DNA of 64,000 bases. Source: Camelus ferus. Its lineage: Eukaryota. The position numbers were made by a program, and so were the translations under genes. The notes under the pieces are model-generated. The model had not been told where the DNA came from. It worked only from the letters and a program-made list of their open reading frames with translations, and ran no database searches. Positions 1 to 13,819 of this stretch are shown in pieces (positions within the stretch are counted from its first letter, which is position 1; each line of letters opens with the position of its first letter). The stretch spans positions 87,732,001 to 87,796,000 of the forward strand of contig NC_045696.1 in the NCBI RefSeq assembly GCF_009834535.1, written 5' to 3'.

Positions 1-419
1 AAAAAAGGGCAATGAACGAGAAGGCATCAGGGCCCTAGAATCCTTTCTCTTTTGGACAGAGGGGTAGGACTGTCAGCTTTACTGAGAGTACTCTCAGAAA
101 AGTCCAGAGAGGAGAAGAAAAACTAATGGAGTCCAAAATCCTTCATGATTTCACAGTTACTAACCATGTTCTGTTTTATATTAAAGTCAATGGTAGTAGT
201 TATTATGCAACTCTCTCTGTCTCAGCTGAGAAAGTAACTTGGCCACAAATCTCTTTTAATTTTCTGTAGGGACTAAAACTAAGCATAAATGTGATTTTTA
301 ACTGAAACTGGTCTCCTGTGCTAGTGAATCACTCTTTAAATGAGGGCATATTTGTTTTATCACGATCTTAACCCCCTAAGAATTTAAGAGGGCATCCTTC
401 AGGCTAGAGAAGCTTGGCT

Positions 420-640
420 TCCTGTCGTTCCATTAATTCATGTCCCTCATCTGGGCATTAACATGAAAAAAAAAAGATCCACCAGTCAATGTCATGATAT
501 CCCTGGCACTAACGCCTCAGTGGAGTGTAAACGGAAGGTAACTACTTATCCATTAGCAAAAGTGGATTGATTAAACACATCAGAGGGTGATGGATGGGAT
601 ACCACACTAGGCAGGCAGTGCTTATAAATGGTTTTGAACT
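420..640. promoter_or_regulatory. Candidate conserved non-coding element (enhancer-like)
   Basis: Repeat-free block with CCATTAATT, a PBX/HOX-like GATTGATTAA and a few retained CpGs. Conservation was not tested. Confidence 0.3.
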
Positions 641-1182
641 AGAGTGTCTGAAAAATATTCTTCCGTGTTCACCCTACCTGGCTTCAAGGTTTGAATTCAT
701 CACTCTTTATCTCTAGCAAAATAAAAGTGAGTTTGCCACAGCATAGATAGTAATTTGATAGAAAGAAATGTCCAGATCACAAAAGGTTTGAAAACAAAAT
801 CATCCAGACCCCACCTGGGTCTCAAGAACCTTGGCCATGAAAGCAGGAGAGTCATGGGATGGGAGGTAGATGAGGTGTGCTTGCTTCTCCACTCACTGCT
901 AGAGCTGCCTACTCTGGCCATGCTTTAGAGAGAGCTCTCAATTTTCCATCGCAAGATCTTGCCATTTGAGCTGTGTGCAAACAAAGCCTCTGCTTTCAAA
1001 GGTGTATCTCTCAGATGCAGGTACTAACTGACATACTTCCTAAGTTCACAAAAGCCACACAGTTGCAAATATAGATTTTTTTTTTCCCTCACCAAAGAGC
1101 AAGGAGGAGGTGATGAGCATCCTTTGTTAGTTACTTCAGTATTGTCTGAGATTCCTTTCACACAGCTTTATCCAGTTCTAAT

Positions 1183-1738
1183 TGTATTACCCATGTTTTT
1201 CATTTTCTGGACTCTGATGCTTCGACATCTTGGGGCCTTGCTGATCCTAGAGAGACTGCCTCTCCTGGGGTTAGCTAATTTCTAGATAGTAAACAACTCG
1301 CTTGTGACCCTAGCTTTTATATTCAAGCCAGTCAATCTAGGGCCCATACCCTAAGCACCTCCTTTATCAGGGTCTCTCCCTCCTGGATATTATTCACTTG
1401 CTTTAATCAATCAAGAGTCAAGAATCAGACAAGCCGTTTCTATGCCCCCAGGGCTACTGAAATTATTCAAACTAGTCAGTCGAAACCGGCTTACCTTACC
1501 TTGCTGTTTCCTTCTGAGGAAACTACAACAAAGGCTCCTACCCCAAATTTCCCTCCCTCCCTGTATCTCCTGACCCATCTTAGTCCTTTCCTGTGTGGTT
1601 CCCTTATGTGGCTACTATGACTCCTGTTTCTAGGGAACCATCTGAGTATAAGAACCTTCTCATTTCATTATCGTCATTTCCACGTCTGAGTGTCTTACCA
1701 AACCTGAATACAAGTACTCTTAAAAGACTAATTTAAAC
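1183..1738 (+). mobile_element. ERVL-class solo LTR, MER74A-like
   Basis: Starts TGTATTACCCATGTTTTT and contains GGGGCCTTGCTGA and GAAATTATTCAAACTAG, collinear with the recalled MER74 consensus over ~550 bp. Confidence 0.8.
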
Positions 1739-2029
1739 CTTGTATTTTTTTTCTTCCTTTTCTCCTTCTCAAAAGATGATTGTCAATTAAAACTTTTTCT
1801 AAGTGAGATAATCATTAAGCAACCATTCAGATCAACTAATTTAACTTAGCAAGACCTCTATTTTAGTGAGAACCTTTGGCTTTGGTGAGAAAGCCACCAT
1901 GTTCATAACTGTATTCCTATTTTAAATGTATCTCTGCTCTTTCATTAACTTTCATTACTTAATCACTGAGGCATCAGCTTCCTAATCTATAGGAATGAAG
2001 TGAAATGCTTATATGTCAGAAAAAAACAT

Positions 2030-2700
2030 GTTATAGTTACAAAGATAAAGATCTGTACCCTTCACAGATCTAGAAGAGCTGAAGAGGGAGGAATTCACTT
2101 CTAAATAATCACTTAACTTTTATAGAGAAGAGAATTTAAGTAAATCTGTATCACTTAAATAGTAAAGAAGAGCATTTTGTTACGTAAGACAGAAGATAAA
2201 GACATGAAAACTTCAACCACATGGGTTCAAGTTTACTTAGAATAGGGAAGATTTGGCAGTACCTGGAATAGCTGCCCCTGGATGTTGTAAAGTAGGTTGT
2301 GATGGACTAATAAAGATTTTTCCATGGCAAACCAAGAAATTTAGACTTTACCCTGTGGTGGCAAGGGATCAAAGCAGGAGGATGTTACAACAATCTAGAT
2401 TTCTATTTTAGAATGCTAATGTTAGCAATTTGATGGATTGACTGGAGGAGAAACAGACCAAAAGAATAATGATGTTGGTTGGTAGGCTATCACTAATGTC
2501 CAACTGGGAAAAAAATTAATGTTCATCCCAGACAGGGGCAGGAAGAGCAAAGAATGGTTTCCAATGATAATTAGACTATTGAAGCAGAAAAGAACAAGGA
2601 TGATTTAGTGTGGGAAGTAAGAAGAGGGAAGTCTAGAAGGGTTTCAACTGCTATTACATGAATAACTAGAGATACCATTAATGAGATAGAGAACAAAGAA
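2030..2700 (-). mobile_element. Highly decayed LINE-2 fragment
   Basis: Purine-rich segments typical of antisense L2, e.g. TAGATTTCTATTTTAGAATGCT and GATACCATTAATGAGATAGAGAAC. Confidence 0.5.
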
Positions 2701-3479
2701 AAGTCAATGTACTACTCTGCAAACTCCAAATTTTCATGCTAAACAAGGTATACTAACTAAAAGACAAAAAGAAATTAAAAATATGTTGAAATTTATGATT
2801 CAGGCCAAAAAATTGTTGGAAGGTAATATAAAAAGAAGCAATTTTAGAAAACATAAGGTATGTATTGCATTTTAAATTTTATATAAAAATTAATAACAGC
2901 TCTTCAAAAATCAATTGTTAACAAAAGATAAAATTTATTCATTAATGATTTGAAATGCTTTTGGCTTTTTTGCTTTTTAAAGGCAAACTTTTAGATTACT
3001 CTAACTTACATTTTTACTTACTCAAGTTTCAATAAAAATTGAGTCATACTCAGTCCACACTATTTCACTAACACCTCCCACTATTCAACTACACTTTTAG
3101 AAAGTAAGATTCAAAGGTAGCTTTGACTCTCTCATATTAACAGTTAAAATGGTTTTGAGTCCCTAAGTGTTCATAACATAAGAATTTTCATCCACTGATT
3201 TTAATGTATTTGAATGCTATTTTGTGTGCCAAAATTTAGAGTAAATCACATATATGTCAATAGATTTCACATATCATATCTGAAAAATAAAATTAAAATG
3301 CACTGCTTAAAATTTATCATGTATAATGTTTTACCCTGAGAAGCTCTAAAAAATCAAAGCTATAACCTCAGTATCGCAGGTGATACCATAACGATTATAG
3401 TGTATCATTAAATACTAGAAACAGACAATATGTTTTAATACCATTATATAGAATTTATAGATATAACCAGCATCAATTG

Positions 3480-3700
3480 CTTGCAGTATAGTCAGAGCAT
3501 ATTTTTTACAGAGAATGATCTTATGAGAAAAATTAATTACTCAGGAAACAAAATCCCAATGAGGAAAAATGACCGATAATGTGAATGCCAGTGCCTTTTG
3601 GCAGGAGCCACTGGATCAATGTCAGAGAACAATTACACACAGCAAACCCCGAACTCTGCAAGCCTGGAAACAATGACAGATGTATCTCAGTAACAGCAAG
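3480..3700. promoter_or_regulatory. Candidate conserved non-coding element
   Basis: Repeat-free, with AATTAATTA, AACAATTA and AACAATGACAGATG (overlapping SOX, MEIS and E-box motifs). Confidence 0.25.
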
Positions 3701-4539
3701 GTTTAGTATCAAGAAAAATGTAGAGATGGATAGAACTGCATATATGATATAAAATTTTGGATAAGTTCACCCATTAACACCCTTTGGAAAGGAAAATGGA
3801 CACAGAGTTTTATTAGAAAATGAACACACAGCTATCAAATACATAAGCCCAGGTTTACACAATGCCTAGAATGTGGAGAATTTGTGTTCCTTTGTTACAT
3901 TTTCTTGATCATTCAGTTAGTTATACATTTGTTTATATGATTTCAACTTAAGATGGCATGGTTTGTAAAACAAATATATATATTTTATCAAAAAGCAACT
4001 TCTGGTGTGAAATCAAGTCTTCACACTACGTTACATAAGACTGCTGAAATTTTAAAGAAAAAAAATCATTAAGGAAAACTGCATTTTCCCAAAACAGCTC
4101 TACATGGCATTTTCATGTTAGACTCATCCACTATAAAACAAATTTATAAAATAGCAAATAAAATGATTATAAATTATTATATATGGAATGATTTCAATAC
4201 TAAATATATATAAATGTGTGTATATGTACCCAAATATTATGTAAAGTAACTTTTAAATAATAAAATTCTAGAAATAATGACTAAAATGTATATTTATGAG
4301 ATTTTAAAGATTGTGACTCATATCAATTCTATGATCATCAAAAGTCAAGAATGATTTGGTGAATTTCAAGATTTCCTACAATTTTTGTTTGTTTGTATGT
4401 TTGCTTTTTGAAAATATCTTATTGAGTAACAGAGTTATTTTGATTTTTTTCTTCTGTGAAGTTATGCTAAAAATTTGATATATGTTCATTTTTGCTTATA
4501 TTCAAGTTTAGTTTTAATTTTCTCCATCTTTGTTGTTTG

Positions 4540-4935
4540 TAGCTATTTTTTCTATTTTATAAATTAACATTTTTATAAAGTCAAAACTATGTAAGAACTT
4601 AATACTCACAGAAATTTATTTTCCTCTTGTTTCTTTTCCCAATCCCACTTGCTCCTGTAAATAAGTAATTCATTAGCTTCTGGTTTATTCTTCGCATGTT
4701 TCATTATCACTTTTTATAAATATAAGCAGATAATGATATTGTATTTCCCTTCTTTTTTACACAAATGTTAGCATTCTCTATATAATCTTTTGTACCTGTA
4801 TTTTTTTCATGTACAATGTACCCTAGGACCTTTGAGAACTAGAATTCCTCCTCATTATTTTTTTATAGCTGCATAGTACCGCATTAGTCAGATGGAACAT
4901 AGTTTACTAAAGTAATCTCCTATTTATGGACAGAA
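4540..4935 (-). mobile_element. Old L1 (L1M/L1ME-type) 3' fragment
   Basis: CTCATTATTTTTTTATAGCTGCATAGTA...TCTCCTATTTATGGACA matches the antisense L1 ORF2 end/3'UTR. Confidence 0.6.
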
Positions 4936-5059
4936 ATATTTAATCAAAAATTAAGTTGTCAAAAGTCTAAATCTATTTACATTTCAATTTAGAAGAGCTT
5001 GACACAGTGTATTCCAAATAGAATTTTTCTAATGAATTGTTTTTAATGCATATTTTATA

Positions 5060-6550
5060 CTATTTTTAATCCAAGAATTTTTTTAAAATTTAAGAACACC
5101 TAGAAAAAATTTTGAAAAATAAAAACAAAATCAGAGAAATTATACTACCCAATTTTAAAATTTAAGAAGCCACAGTAATCATGACAGCGTGGTACTGGTA
5201 ACAGAGTAAACAAATAAATCAATGGAAGAACATAGAAGACCCAGAAATAGAACCACGTATAAATGAACATTTAATGTTTGGAAGGTTATAAAAATACAAC
5301 AGAAAAACTATTCAACAAAAGGTGGAGGAACAATTGGACACTTACATATAAAAGTAAACTTTAATTTATACTTCATATACAAAAATCATACATATGCAAA
5401 AATTAGTGCAAATGTAAAATTCTAAGATTTTAGAAGAAAACATGTAAGAAAATCTTTATATCTTGGCATTAGGCAAAACATCCTGAGACATAACACTAGA
5501 ATCACGATGCATAAAAGATAAAATGATAAAGTTCATCAAAATTAAAAGAAAAAACTTTTCTGTGCAAATGACACTTTTAAGAGACTGAAAAGACAAGGTA
5601 CAGACCAGAAGAAAATATCTGTATACCACATATCCAACAAAGGATTTGCATCTAGCATATGTAAAGAACTTTCAAAACTTAACAGCAAGAAAAAAAATAA
5701 TTCATTTAAAGATGAGCAAAAAGACTTAAAAAAAATATTTCACCAAAGACAATATACTGATGACCAAAAAAACACATGAAGAGATGTTCAGCACCACTAA
5801 ACATTAGGGAAATATCAACAAGACGCCACTACATGTCTTTTAGAATGACTAAAATAAAATACACTTGACAATGCCAAGTGTTAGCAAGAATCTGGAGCAA
5901 CTAGACTCTAAAATCTTGCTGTTGGGGATGCTAAATGATTCGGCTACCCTGGAAAACTATTTGGCAATCCCTGAAAAAGCTGAACATACACCTACCATAA
6001 ACCAAGCAATCCCAGTCTTGGGTATTTACCTTAGAGAAATGAAAGCATATGTCCATATAAAACCTATACAGGAATGTTTACAGGATATCTACTACTAAGT
6101 ACTAAACACTAGAAACAACCCAGATGTCCTTAGATGAGTGAATGGATAAACAAACTGTGGTACCTCCACACAACAGAACACTAATGCAGCAACAAAAACG
6201 AACTACTGATAAATGCAACGATTGGGATTAACATCAAATGCATTATGCTGAGTAAAATATGCCAGTCTCAAAAGGTTACAGATTGTATTGCTACTACATT
6301 TCTATAACACTCTTAAAAAAATAAAACTATAATGATGAGATGCAGATTGGTGATTGTCAGAGATGAAGAGTGGGAGGAAGGAGTGATGACAAAGAGATAG
6401 CATAAGACGGCTCTTGGGATGATGTAACTGTTCTGTTCTTAATTAGGGTGGTATTTATGTGAATCTATTCATATGCTAAATTCTTAGAAGTGTATATTTA
6501 AAGAATCAATTTTACTGAATGCTAATATCAAAATTAAATTAAAAACAAAA
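5060..6550 (+). mobile_element. L1 (L1MC/MD-type), ORF2 C-terminal region, 3'UTR and A-rich tail
   Basis: Canonical L1 blocks GCCACAGTAATC...GTGGTACTGG, CCAAGCAATCCCAGTCTTGGGTATTTACC and GAATGGATAAACAAACTGTGG; ends in an A-rich tail; reading frame disrupted. Confidence 0.9.
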
Positions 6551-6576
6551 CAAAATGATAAAGAAAACATGGTCCT

Positions 6577-6604
6577 ATCAATAAAAAATGTTAAAAAAAA
6601 AAAA
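6577..6604 (+). mobile_element. Ultra-short 5'-truncated retrotransposon insertion (probably L1 3' tip plus polyA)
   Basis: ATCAATAAAAAATGTT plus an A-run, flanked by the perfect 13-bp direct repeat AAAACATGGTCCT (6564-6576, 6605-6617). Confidence 0.75.
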
Positions 6605-6989
6605 AAAACATGGTCCTTGTACTTTCCCTAAACAAAAATTAAAAGCTCGCTGCTCTGCCCTATTCTTCAAATAGAAAAGGTCTGAATAAGAACAGAGGAG
6701 GAAGGCTAAGGACATTTTCATACTGATATGTTTCTGTGCATGTATTATTTTTCAGAAAAAAATTAATGTTTCATTCCCTCCAGCTGAGTATTTGCAATTT
6801 TATTTTGGTGACTATTTCCACAATTCTCATCTTTACACTATGAATTAAAATAATACCTACAAAAATAGTCCCAGAAGAGAAAGGTATTTTTATATGCAAA
6901 CAACAAAAAACCCTGTTTATCATTTATACAACATATTAAGTGATAGTATTGGATTTCAGTTCATGGGGGCTTCTAGAATTATGGTGTTG

Positions 6990-7270
6990 AAGCAGGCACT
7001 TTATATGCAAATATTTTTCGAAGATCAATCTTCTGTCTCACAGATTATAAACTGTCATATTTCACTCAGTTTGAATCTGGCATATGTTAAAGTATTCCCT
7101 GTCGTGCTTTTATCGTCACAAACAGTAAATTATTCAAAGCTCAGAGGAATGGAACGAACAGCATGTTTATGGAGTTTCATCAAAACAGTTAGGGAGAATA
7201 CAAATTACTTAATTCATCAGTTTCATTTGTCTGTGTAATTGACTCTGCTTTTGAAACTGCAACCATAAGA
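6990..7270. promoter_or_regulatory. Candidate conserved non-coding element
   Basis: Repeat-free, with several CpGs and TGTCA, GTTTATGG, CTTAATTC and GTAATTG motifs. Confidence 0.25.
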
Positions 7271-8010
7271 TTTTGAAAAGGCTAAATACTTTGGTTCAGG
7301 AAAGGTGTGATACAAGATTGGTTTATTTTATTTTGTTGTAAATGGTGATGTTGACAGATTGGACAACATAATTTCATCCCTAAGACTTTGCTCTCCCTAA
7401 AAAGCTGAGCTACTTTACTTACAATCGGTTAGTGTATAACAGAAAAGAATTTAGTATTTTATTCTCTGTGTCATTTGTTCTCTATCTGCCTAGCAAATGA
7501 AAGGATAGTTTGATTAAAAATAATGGTCCTTGATTCTGTCAGTAGCTAGTTCACAGAACTTCAACCAGTGCATCATATTTTCTTCACTGAACTTGTATTT
7601 AACTCTCCAGAGATGGAGCTCTTCCTTTATATTTGGTGCGTATGGAGATAGAAATGATTTTAAAATAATAAAGTATAATAGTATCTGCAGCAATCAGGCT
7701 GCTTTTTAAAAATATGAAGAAAACTATTCTATATCAAAAAATAAAATGTTCTTTGGGACAAATCACACTCCCCAGTAAAAACTATGGCTCCATCTTTGCT
7801 TCATATTCAGTACCACTGAATGTTCTGAGAGGCAATCTTAAACTTGACCTATTCCAATCCAAAGATAAGCTCCACAAGACCAAAGTTAAATATGTTTTGT
7901 TCATCTGTCACAACTGTCTAGTAATTATATCCTGCACAAATGAATCAACTGCCTCATTCAACAAATGAGGAAAACCTAGACCTGATAAAATGGAGAGAAA
8001 TGAACCAGGT

Positions 8011-8542
8011 TGTAGCAGAGTGGATTTCTAATAATGGTCACAATATTTTGAACCCATACATACGCTCATGGGCAGTGTGATCCCCCCAGTCCTCCATCAA
8101 AGGATAGAGCCTAGGTCTTTCCCCTTGGATCAGGACTGACCTTGTGACTTGTTTTGACCAAAAGAATGCAGCCAAAATTATGCTGTTCAATTTTTGAGTC
8201 TGGGCCTGAAAAGATCTACAGCTTTGCCTCTGTTGCTCAGAATACTTGCTCCAGGGACCCACCTAGGTAAAGAAGCCCAGGCAGGCCACGAGGAAACAGC
8301 AACATGGAAAGTAAGAGACAGGCTAAGCCTCTAAACCATCCTTGCGAAGGCACCAGGTGAGTGAAACCATATTGGCTACTCAGGCCCTGCCTCCACTTTA
8401 CTTCAATCACTTCAGAATTGATGACACGTGGAGCAGAAAAACAGTGACTCAAGTTCTACCTGAATGTTAGCAAAGACAGGGTTGCTGTTTTAAGCACTAA
8501 ATTCTGAAACAGTTTGTTACATAGCAATAGAAAACTAAAATG
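8011..8542 (+). mobile_element. MaLR solo LTR (MLT1 family, MLT1H-like)
   Basis: Starts TGTAG, contains GACTTGTTTTGACCAAAAGAATG, and ends TTTTAAGCACTAAATT...GTTTGTTACATAGCAATAGAAAACTAAAA. Probable 5-bp TSD CAGGT/TAGGT. Confidence 0.85.
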
Positions 8543-10164
8543 TAGGTCATAAATCTAGTTCTGATGGAACTCTCATAGAAACCAAGTCAAACCGCCCCAA
8601 ATCCAAGGCATAGTATTCCAGCATTTACTTTTTGTTCTAGAAAATTCTAATCTTTATTTTTAATTTTAAAATAATGAATAGAACACAATACAGGTAGTTA
8701 CTTTATTTCCACAGTTAGTCTCAATTTTTTGTTACTTATTAAGAAGAAACACAAATACTACTCTCAGAACATTTAATAAAATGTGATACTTGAATAATTA
8801 GTACCTGTACACATAATAAAGAAGATCCTAAAACTAGAATCAAAATGTGGGCACAAGGAATTTCAAATACTTTTAAGATAAATACATTTATATTTTTCTG
8901 TACATATGACGAAAATAGGAAAAGTACCTGAGGCTTCGCCTCTGGATAAAGAAAGAGGGCTGCCAATTCCCATAAATTTAAAGTAAGTAGAAATCCAAAC
9001 AACTATGCTGAACAAATTTTCAACAGCATACTTTTTGCAGCATAATATTATTATTCCATAAGTTTTTGGAATTCAGTCTCTTCAAATGGCTTATAAGTAA
9101 ATATATTATCAGTGTTTTGAGGTTATAAAATTTAAATAGTAGGTTATAAAAGTGGAATATTAAATACGAAGAAATCAAATTAAGGACAAAAAACTTACAA
9201 ATTCAGTTGTAAACATGATCCAATGTTTTCATACACCATAGGAAACAAGGCAAATCCATGAGTATTTACTAACCAGAATGTAATACTCAGTGCTAAAAAC
9301 TATACAGCAAAAGGAGGGAGGGAGGGAGAAAAAAAGGAAGTGCCATGTTATTCCACTGAGGAGTTTACAACAGAAATAGAAAGATAAATGTGATAAGAAA
9401 TAAATGTGAGAATATTGATTCCCATAACTATAATTGTATATGCACAATCTACAAACAGACGTTTATTTACGTCCCCCTGCACTCCCCTTCCCAAGTGTAT
9501 ACAGGCTCCCTCTAATTCCGTACAACACATTCAACTAAGGACTCCTACAGAAATGCCCACTCATGAATGCAAATGAATTCTTTCTTTACTTACGTTACAG
9601 GAGCTCTTTGAAATATGTGAAGGTGTTTGGGCACATTGTCTCAATTTCCTTTGCTAGTTCCCCTTCATTACTTTACCCCTTTTAGTCTGAGTTAGGGTTC
9701 AGCTCAACCTCCTAAGGAAAGAGGAATTTTAAGCCTGAAACTTGTTGCCTACAAGGACTATGAGGTAAAAGATTAAGTAATAAAAGATAGCCAAGCTCCA
9801 TATGAGTTTCTTTTCATCAGTATATGAAGTTCTAAAGAGAAAAAGGCGTTAGTAGGGGCCTTTAAATTAGTCAATCCAAATTTATTTGTTCTTAATCTTG
9901 TTTTGAACTCCATCTGTTTCTAGGTCCCAACAAAGGAACTGGAGGGGCAAACTGGATTCCCTTGGCATGTTCATGGGCTCCTTGCCTCTCTGCCTCGTTT
10001 GCCCCTATTAAAGGTCTTAAGTTGTCTCTGATTTGTCAGATTGTGTGTCTTGATAACAGCTTTGCATTTCAAAGATCGAGACAGAGGTATTCATTGATAG
10101 ACTTATGACAAGGAAAGGGAGCCCTTAGGTACCTGTGTCCCTCAAGAGTACGTCCCTGGCCCAC

Positions 10165-11722
10165 TGTTTTACATTCTTGAGCATCTTTCTGAGTGATTTT
10201 ACCCATGTCTATTCTGAACCAAATCTATATCCTCAGCTCAGATCTTTCTTTTTAAGTCCAAGACATTTATCCAATAGCCTATTTTACAAATGACTGTTTC
10301 CTGGACCCACAGCAGCCTCTAAATCAGCAATTATAGAACAGAATATAGGTATCCATCATCCAAACAGTTTCTCATCCTGTCTTGTCTTAGGTAATGTACC
10401 ATCCAGTAATCTAAGCAGAAAAATCTAGGTACAGTAGACCACCCCTGCTTACCTGTGATTTCGCTTTTCACAGGTTCAATTATCCATGGGTCAACTGTGG
10501 TTAATAAATAATAAAGGGAAAATTCCAATAACAAACAATTCACTAGTTTTAAATTGTGATGCCATTCTGGGTAGCATGGTGGAATCTTCAGGCCATCCTG
10601 TTTCATACTCCCTGAGTGTGAATCATCCTTTTGTCGAGCATATCCACACTATATCTGCTACCCACCCATAAGACACTTAGTAGCTGCCTCCACTATCAGA
10701 CTAACTGTTGGGTATCACAACACATGTGTTCAATTAACCCTTATTTTACTCAATAGTGGCTGCAAGGCATAAGAGTAGTGATGCTGGCAATTTGGATATT
10801 CTCTTACTGTGTCTAATTTATAAAATAAACCTTATCATAGGTATGCATGTATAGGGAAAAACAAAGTATATACAGGGTATGGTACTTCCTGGGGTTTCAG
10901 GCATCCATGGAGTGTCTTAGCACATATCCCTTGAGATAAGGGGGAATACTGTATCATCTTCCTCCACTTGCTATATCCAATCAGTAACAAAATTTTGTCT
11001 ATTTTATCTGAAAAAAATACTTTTATCCTTCTTTCTCTTCCCACTACCAATCACAAAACCTTCCTTACCTGACTACTAAAACAGATTCTTAACTTTGTCC
11101 CTTTTTATTTTTTTTTCTATTCTCCATCAATTTTCCAACATTCCACAAGGGTAATATTTTGAATACACAAATGTGATCATGGTACCAAACTGATTAAATC
11201 ATTCAAGACTGTCCCTTCAATTTCAAGATAAACCCCAAACTCTGCTGGAAGTCATGAAGGCCTTCATCTGCCTTATTAGTCTCATCTTGTGCTGTCACTG
11301 CTCCTAACCTCATGATCCAACCATACCACAGCATCGGAAGCTCCCTGATATCCCTTCTCTGCTCATTAGTATATGATGCTCCTTCTTCTCTCTAGAAATA
11401 TATATATATATGTATTTCTTAGCCTATTAAACACCCCATTCCTCACAAACCTATAAACATTCCCCCCTTCCATAAAGCGTTCACTGAATTTCACCACCTC
11501 AACTCCCATATCCAGCCACAATGGAAGAGTTGCTGTTTTCCTCCACTGCACCACCTCTACATCATATAAATAACCCCTCAAATTTACTTAAATATCGAGC
11601 TTCCCATTAGACTCTGAACTCCTTCTGAAGAAGATGAACCATGTTAGCTTCTGATCTTCAGTACCTGGCAAGTGATCTGATGTACTAGGCAGACAATAAT
11701 TACTTGAAAAGTGAATGAATGA
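10165..11722 (+). mobile_element. LINE-2 3' portion, interrupted by MER44
   Basis: L2 blocks AAATCTATATCCTCAGCTCAGATC and TATCCAATCAGTAACAAA, and a terminal GTGAATGAATGAA tail. Confidence 0.8.
10432..10951 (+). mobile_element. MER44-type MITE (Tigger7 derivative, TcMar)
   Basis: Termini CAGTAGACCACCCC... and ...GATAAGGGGGAATACTG with intact TA target duplications (10430-31, 10952-53); the internal sequence follows the recalled MER44 consensus. Confidence 0.9.
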
Positions 11723-12741
11723 AAAAATGCACAAAATAGTCATTAGTAGATCTTTAGGCAGTTTCTTGGTCTAATTTTGTCTATAAGAATGGAAAATGAT
11801 GTATAAATCCCCAAAAGCTCAATTTTATGAATTATGAAATCCGCGAAGAAAAAGACAACACACAAAATGTAAAGATGGGGTACAGGGAATATCAGTGCTA
11901 TAAATTATTTTCCAGTAGGAGCTGAAAGACTTACATAAGAGCAAGTGTTTAACTTCGTCTTGATGGATACGTTAAACATGGAGAACTGAGAGGAGAGCAG
12001 AGGGAGCTCATTTCATGCAAGAACAAATGAGTGAAATGGCTAAAGTCAAAAGCAGCATAGTGTTTATTGGAGACATTACAGAGATGTTTTGTCTGGACCA
12101 GTTGTTGGGCATTTTTGAGGAACTGTGAGACATAAAACTGGAGGAGACAAGTGTGACTATTAGAAGATTTTAAATCACTCTTTAGAAGGTACCAATTATC
12201 ATCATTGGGATATTTAAAAATAATTTGCTACAAAATTGGAGTAATTAAAAGAAATAATCAGATCTTGAATTCCTAATTACAAACATGCCTTTTTAAATGA
12301 GTTGCCAAGGCTGAAATTGTTCATTACAATTAAATAGTGATTTCATTTATTGACATTTCATTCTAACACACAAAAAGGCTCTTCATGCCTTGCTACAATC
12401 TTTCATGTTCTACCCCTTGTAGTTCTGTGAACCACACTCATTCAGTGCTCCAGTAAAAACTTGATTTTTTTCTTTTTACCATTTCCTTTGTTTTCATGCC
12501 CCCTCACTTTGGTTATGCTCTATGTCTTTCATAAAATACTCCCATGTGTCACTATTTTACAAATCTCTATTCATCCATCAAGACAAAGTGCAAATGTCAT
12601 CTCCTCCAGGAAGTTTTCTAAGACTTCAGAGCTCAAAAACACCTTTTCACTCCTATTATAGAATTCAGCATGCAGGATCATTACTGCTGTCATACAGCTT
12701 TCTATCAAGGCTACTGAAGTACCAAAGTGGACCTTATTTAT

Positions 12742-12790
12742 CTTTTTTTTAATTCAAGTACAGTCGGTTTACAATGTGTCAATTTCTGGT
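12742..12790 (-). mobile_element. Very short 3' end of a young cetartiodactyl/camelid-type L1
   Basis: T-run followed by AATTCAAGTACAGTCGGTTTACAATGTGTCAATTTCTGGT; the same motif recurs at 44673-44760 and in sense orientation near 60370-60400. Confidence 0.7.
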
Positions 12791-13299
12791 AAACTTGAAA
12801 ACCTCGTATTTTCTGGTAAACAGAATGAGCTTAACTAACGACTGAAATAACTAATAAATATTGATAAGAAAGTAACATATTGAGAGTTTTTGTTAATTGC
12901 CAACAACCTACAATTAATTTTATTTTTGTTTATATATATATATAATATTCTGCTTAAAAATAGCCAACAAGAGAGAAAATGTATTGCCTTTCAAGTAAAC
13001 TTTAAAAAAAAAATACTTATTAGAAGCTAGATGGAAGTAAACAGAATACTTTCACATACCACTGGTAGAAGTATAAATTTCTGAAAACAGGCAATATTTA
13101 TCAAAAACTTTCTAAAAAGTGAATTCATTTTAACCAGTAATACTTCTTCTAGCACCATTTCCTAAGAAAAATGTCAGAATGATTAAGAAAATGTATGTCC
13201 AAATGATGAAATGTCATGTAATCATTGAATTTTCTGTTTTCGAATATTCCATATAAAAATAGAAATTAAAGTTATATTTGAGTCATTTTTGAAGATAAT

Positions 13300-13522
13300 G
13301 AAGAACTGACTTGTATTCAAATCCTATTTCTGCCCCATACTAGCTATATGACTTTGACCAAGTTAATTATACTCTCAAACCATAATTTTCACATCCATTA
13401 ATGGAGCACAATAATAGTAATTCCTTCACAGGGTTGAGGTGAGAAATAAATGTGACTTTAAAGTGTAAAAGATTTAGAACAATGGCTAGCAGACAATAAG
13501 TCATCAATAATATAATCTATTA
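13300..13522 (+). mobile_element. MIR SINE
   Basis: TTCAAATCC...CTAGCTATATGACTTTGACCAAGTTA core and 3' TTAGAACAATGGCT. Confidence 0.85.
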
Positions 13523-13819
13523 TACCAAAGACAATACTGACAACAGAAGTAACTCACAAAAAATAAAATAGGACTGTGTTTGCAGGACTTAGTAGGATCT
13601 CAAGATGTAGCATTTCAATTTTGATACAGCTCAACTGCTAGAATGGCATTTTATCGTGAACTGAAGATTAAGAGACAACAACTTCAATATTTTCTTTACA
13701 AGCATTTTTATTGAAAAATACAGAATCCCATTTTCAGTTATTATTCTGGGCATAGTAGTGCTGGATGTCATGGTTTTCACTATTAGAATGGATATTTTAG
13801 AGTTCCTTTTCAGATATTT

